From Planctomycetes bacterium GWC2_45_44 (GTDB lineage: Bacteria > Planctomycetota > Phycisphaerae > Sedimentisphaerales > UBA12454): a stretch of 41,504 nt of DNA. The notes under the pieces are model-generated. The model saw only the letters and a list, made by a program, of their open reading frames with translations, did not search any database and was not told the DNA's origin. Location: positions 1 to 41,504 of the forward strand of contig MHXU01000133.1 of the NCBI GenBank assembly GCA_001824555.1. The letters run 5' to 3'. Of the stretch, positions 39,859 through 41,504 are shown piece after piece. The position numbers and the translations under genes were made by a program. Every line of letters begins with the position of its first letter. Position 1 is the first letter of the stretch.

Positions 39859-41504
39859 ATGAATAGTACAGCAAATATGTCAGCGGACAGGGCGGTTGAA
39901 TCTGTGCAGGATGCAAAGATCAGAGCGGTAATAGGTGATAACAGATGTTTTATGCCTACCCAGTTGGCCATAGAGACAGTAAGAGCCTGTAATGCGAAAT
40001 GTATTATGTGTCCGTCAACTGTAATGCAGAGGCCGAAGGGTTTTATGCGGAAAGAGGTGCATGAAACGATTTTAAGCAAGATATCGCGATGGGGAGCGCC
40101 GATATCGTTGATTACCCATGCTGGAGTTGGAGAGCCGCTGCTGGATAAAATGCTCGAAGAGAGGATAAAACACGAAAAGGAAGTTTTTCCTAATGCGCAG
40201 ATAAATGTATATACCAACGGCGGTCTTCTTGATGAAGAACGCGCGTTGAAACTTATCGCATCTGGCGTGGACGTGGTTTCTTTCAGCGTGAACGGTTTTC
40301 ATAAGGAAACCTATGAAGCTGTTATGAAAATACCGCGGGATACTACTTATGAAAATGTCGAGAGGTTTTGCCGGCTGAAAAAACAGATGGGCTCGAATGT
40401 CGGCATCTGTGTTTCGCTTATTAAGACCGACCTGTGCTCACAGCAGGAGATTGAGGAATACAAGCAGTATTGGAATACGAAAAATGTAAAAGTTTTAACT
40501 CCGCCATGGATAAGCTGGGGTAATTTTTTTGAGCATTCCGTTAGCGGGCATAAACTGCCGTGTTTTTTTATCTGGAAGTCGATGGTATTTGATTATGACG
40601 GCACCGTCAAGAGGTGCTGTGAGGATTATGATTCGCAATATCCGATGGGCAATATTATGACGCAGGAACCGTCGGAGATATTTAATTCGCCGCGTATGCA
40701 GCAGCAGCGGAACGACCAATTGAGCGGAATTTTTACATACCCTGACATCTGCAAAAATTGTATCGAAACATTTGAGCCGGCTAAGGATTTCTGGAACAGT
40801 TCGCCACCGCTTTACAGTGAGCGGAAACCAAAACAGTCAGGCCTGGAGAGCAAAATGATTAGCGTTCTTGATACTTCCGTGTGCGACAACAACCTCGGAA
40901 ACTGGATAATAATGGATTCTGTTGACAAATATCTGCATCAGATTTTTCCATCAGAATTTTTCATCAGGCTTCCTTACTTGGAGAACATCGGCACTGAGGC
41001 TGTTAAATATATCAAATCGAGCGAATTTACTTTCTTTGGCGGAACAAATTCACTTTCCAGCGAGATGGAAAAATATAAGCAAATCGGTATAGACCACACC
41101 AATTATGAACAAATAAAAAGAATAGTTTTGTTTGGAGTTGGCTGGTGGCAGTATCAGGGTGCAATAAGCAGTCATACCCAGCAGATATTAAAGCATTGTC
41201 TGCATCCATCTGTTTATCATTCTGTCAGAGATTCATATTCAAAAAATAAATTAGCGGCTATTGGTATTAACAATGTTTTGGTTACCGGCTGTCCGACGCT
41301 GTGGCAGCTTACAGAAGAACATTGCAGACAGATACCGCGGAATAAAGCCGAAAATGTCCTTTTGGCATTCACTAACTATTCGCAGGACAAGAGCGATTCG
41401 GAACTGTTTAACATCGTTCAAAACCGTTATAAAAATATTTTTGTGTGGGTGCAGGGGCCCGAAGATTTGGAATACGCAAAGAGCTTTGGCGGAAAAATCA
41501 ATAT
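39859..41504 (+). CDS. Radical SAM/SPASM protein fused to a polysaccharide pyruvyltransferase-like domain (3' end beyond the window)
   Basis: Manual translation finds no stop to the window end. CNAKCIMC (39988-40011), GEPLL, TNG and the SPASM/twitch pattern PC..W....DG.V..CC.D....GN...ICKNC are followed from about 40855 by DTS..DNNLGN.II, GGTN, FGVG, SVRD..S and TGCPT. Confidence 0.88.
   Translation, partial: MNSTANMSADRAVESVQDAKIRAVIGDNRCFMPTQLAIETVRACNAKCIMCPSTVMQRPKGFMRKEVHETILSKISRWGAPISLITHAGVGEPLLDKMLEERIKHEKEVFPNAQINVYTNGGLLDEERALKLIASGVDVVSFSVNGFHKETYEAVMKIPRDTTYENVERFCRLKKQMGSNVGICVSLIKTDLCSQQEIEEYKQYWNTKNVKVLTPPWISWGNFFEHSVSGHKLPCFFIWKSMVFDYDGTVKRCCEDYDSQYPMGNIMTQEPSEIFNSPRMQQQRNDQLSGIFTYPDICKNCIETFEPAKDFWNSSPPLYSERKPKQSGLESKMISVLDTSVCDNNLGNWIIMDSVDKYLHQIFPSEFFIRLPYLENIGTEAVKYIKSSEFTFFGGTNSLSSEMEKYKQIGIDHTNYEQIKRIVLFGVGWWQYQGAISSHTQQILKHCLHPSVYHSVRDSYSKNKLAAIGINNVLVTGCPTLWQLTEEHCRQIPRNKAENVLLAFTNYSQDKSDSELFNIVQNRYKNIFVWVQGPEDLEYAKSFGGKIN

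Noticed and set aside
39846-41209. Minus-strand ORFs at the window end
   Set aside because: They are shadows of the long plus-strand radical SAM fusion ORF.

Overview
A 41.5-kb bacterial chromosomal window, most likely from Planctomycetota (Phycisphaerae-like). That assignment is inferred from the short 109-nt 5S rRNA, the unlinked rRNA layout and the gene content, and was not checked by search. In order, the window holds: (1) housekeeping genes ptsH (5'-truncated), ptsI, a DUF2344 gene, rne/rng, kdsD, kdsC and a large Lpt-like gene, then a DUF2157/GDYXXLXY pair and a PPi-PFK/SIS pair; (2) an rRNA operon with its own tandem promoters and boxA, carrying tRNA-Ile, tRNA-Ala, 23S and 5S but no 16S; (3) a DUF4160/DUF2442 toxin-antitoxin-like pair, a sigma54 activator with a degenerate receiver domain, DUF2089/SHOCT genes and a PEP-CTERM repeat protein inside a dense mosaic of palindromic repeats; (4) a sigma54-driven flagellar operon, flgD-E-(PilZ)-F-G-A-H-I-J-N-K-L, running into a TPR/glycosyltransferase cluster. 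That cluster ends in a radical SAM/SPASM-polysaccharide pyruvyltransferase fusion, which runs off the window and is missing from the ORF track. Intergenic DNA is full of 7-mer and 9-mer repeat arms and nested REP-like hairpins, and one repeat sits in-frame in the FlgA signal peptide. A ~165-bp inverted repeat with phased A-tracts brackets the rRNA-TA-activator block. No CRISPR array, transposase or integrase was seen. The best candidates for undescribed biology are the radical SAM-pyruvyltransferase fusion and the repeat-element families.
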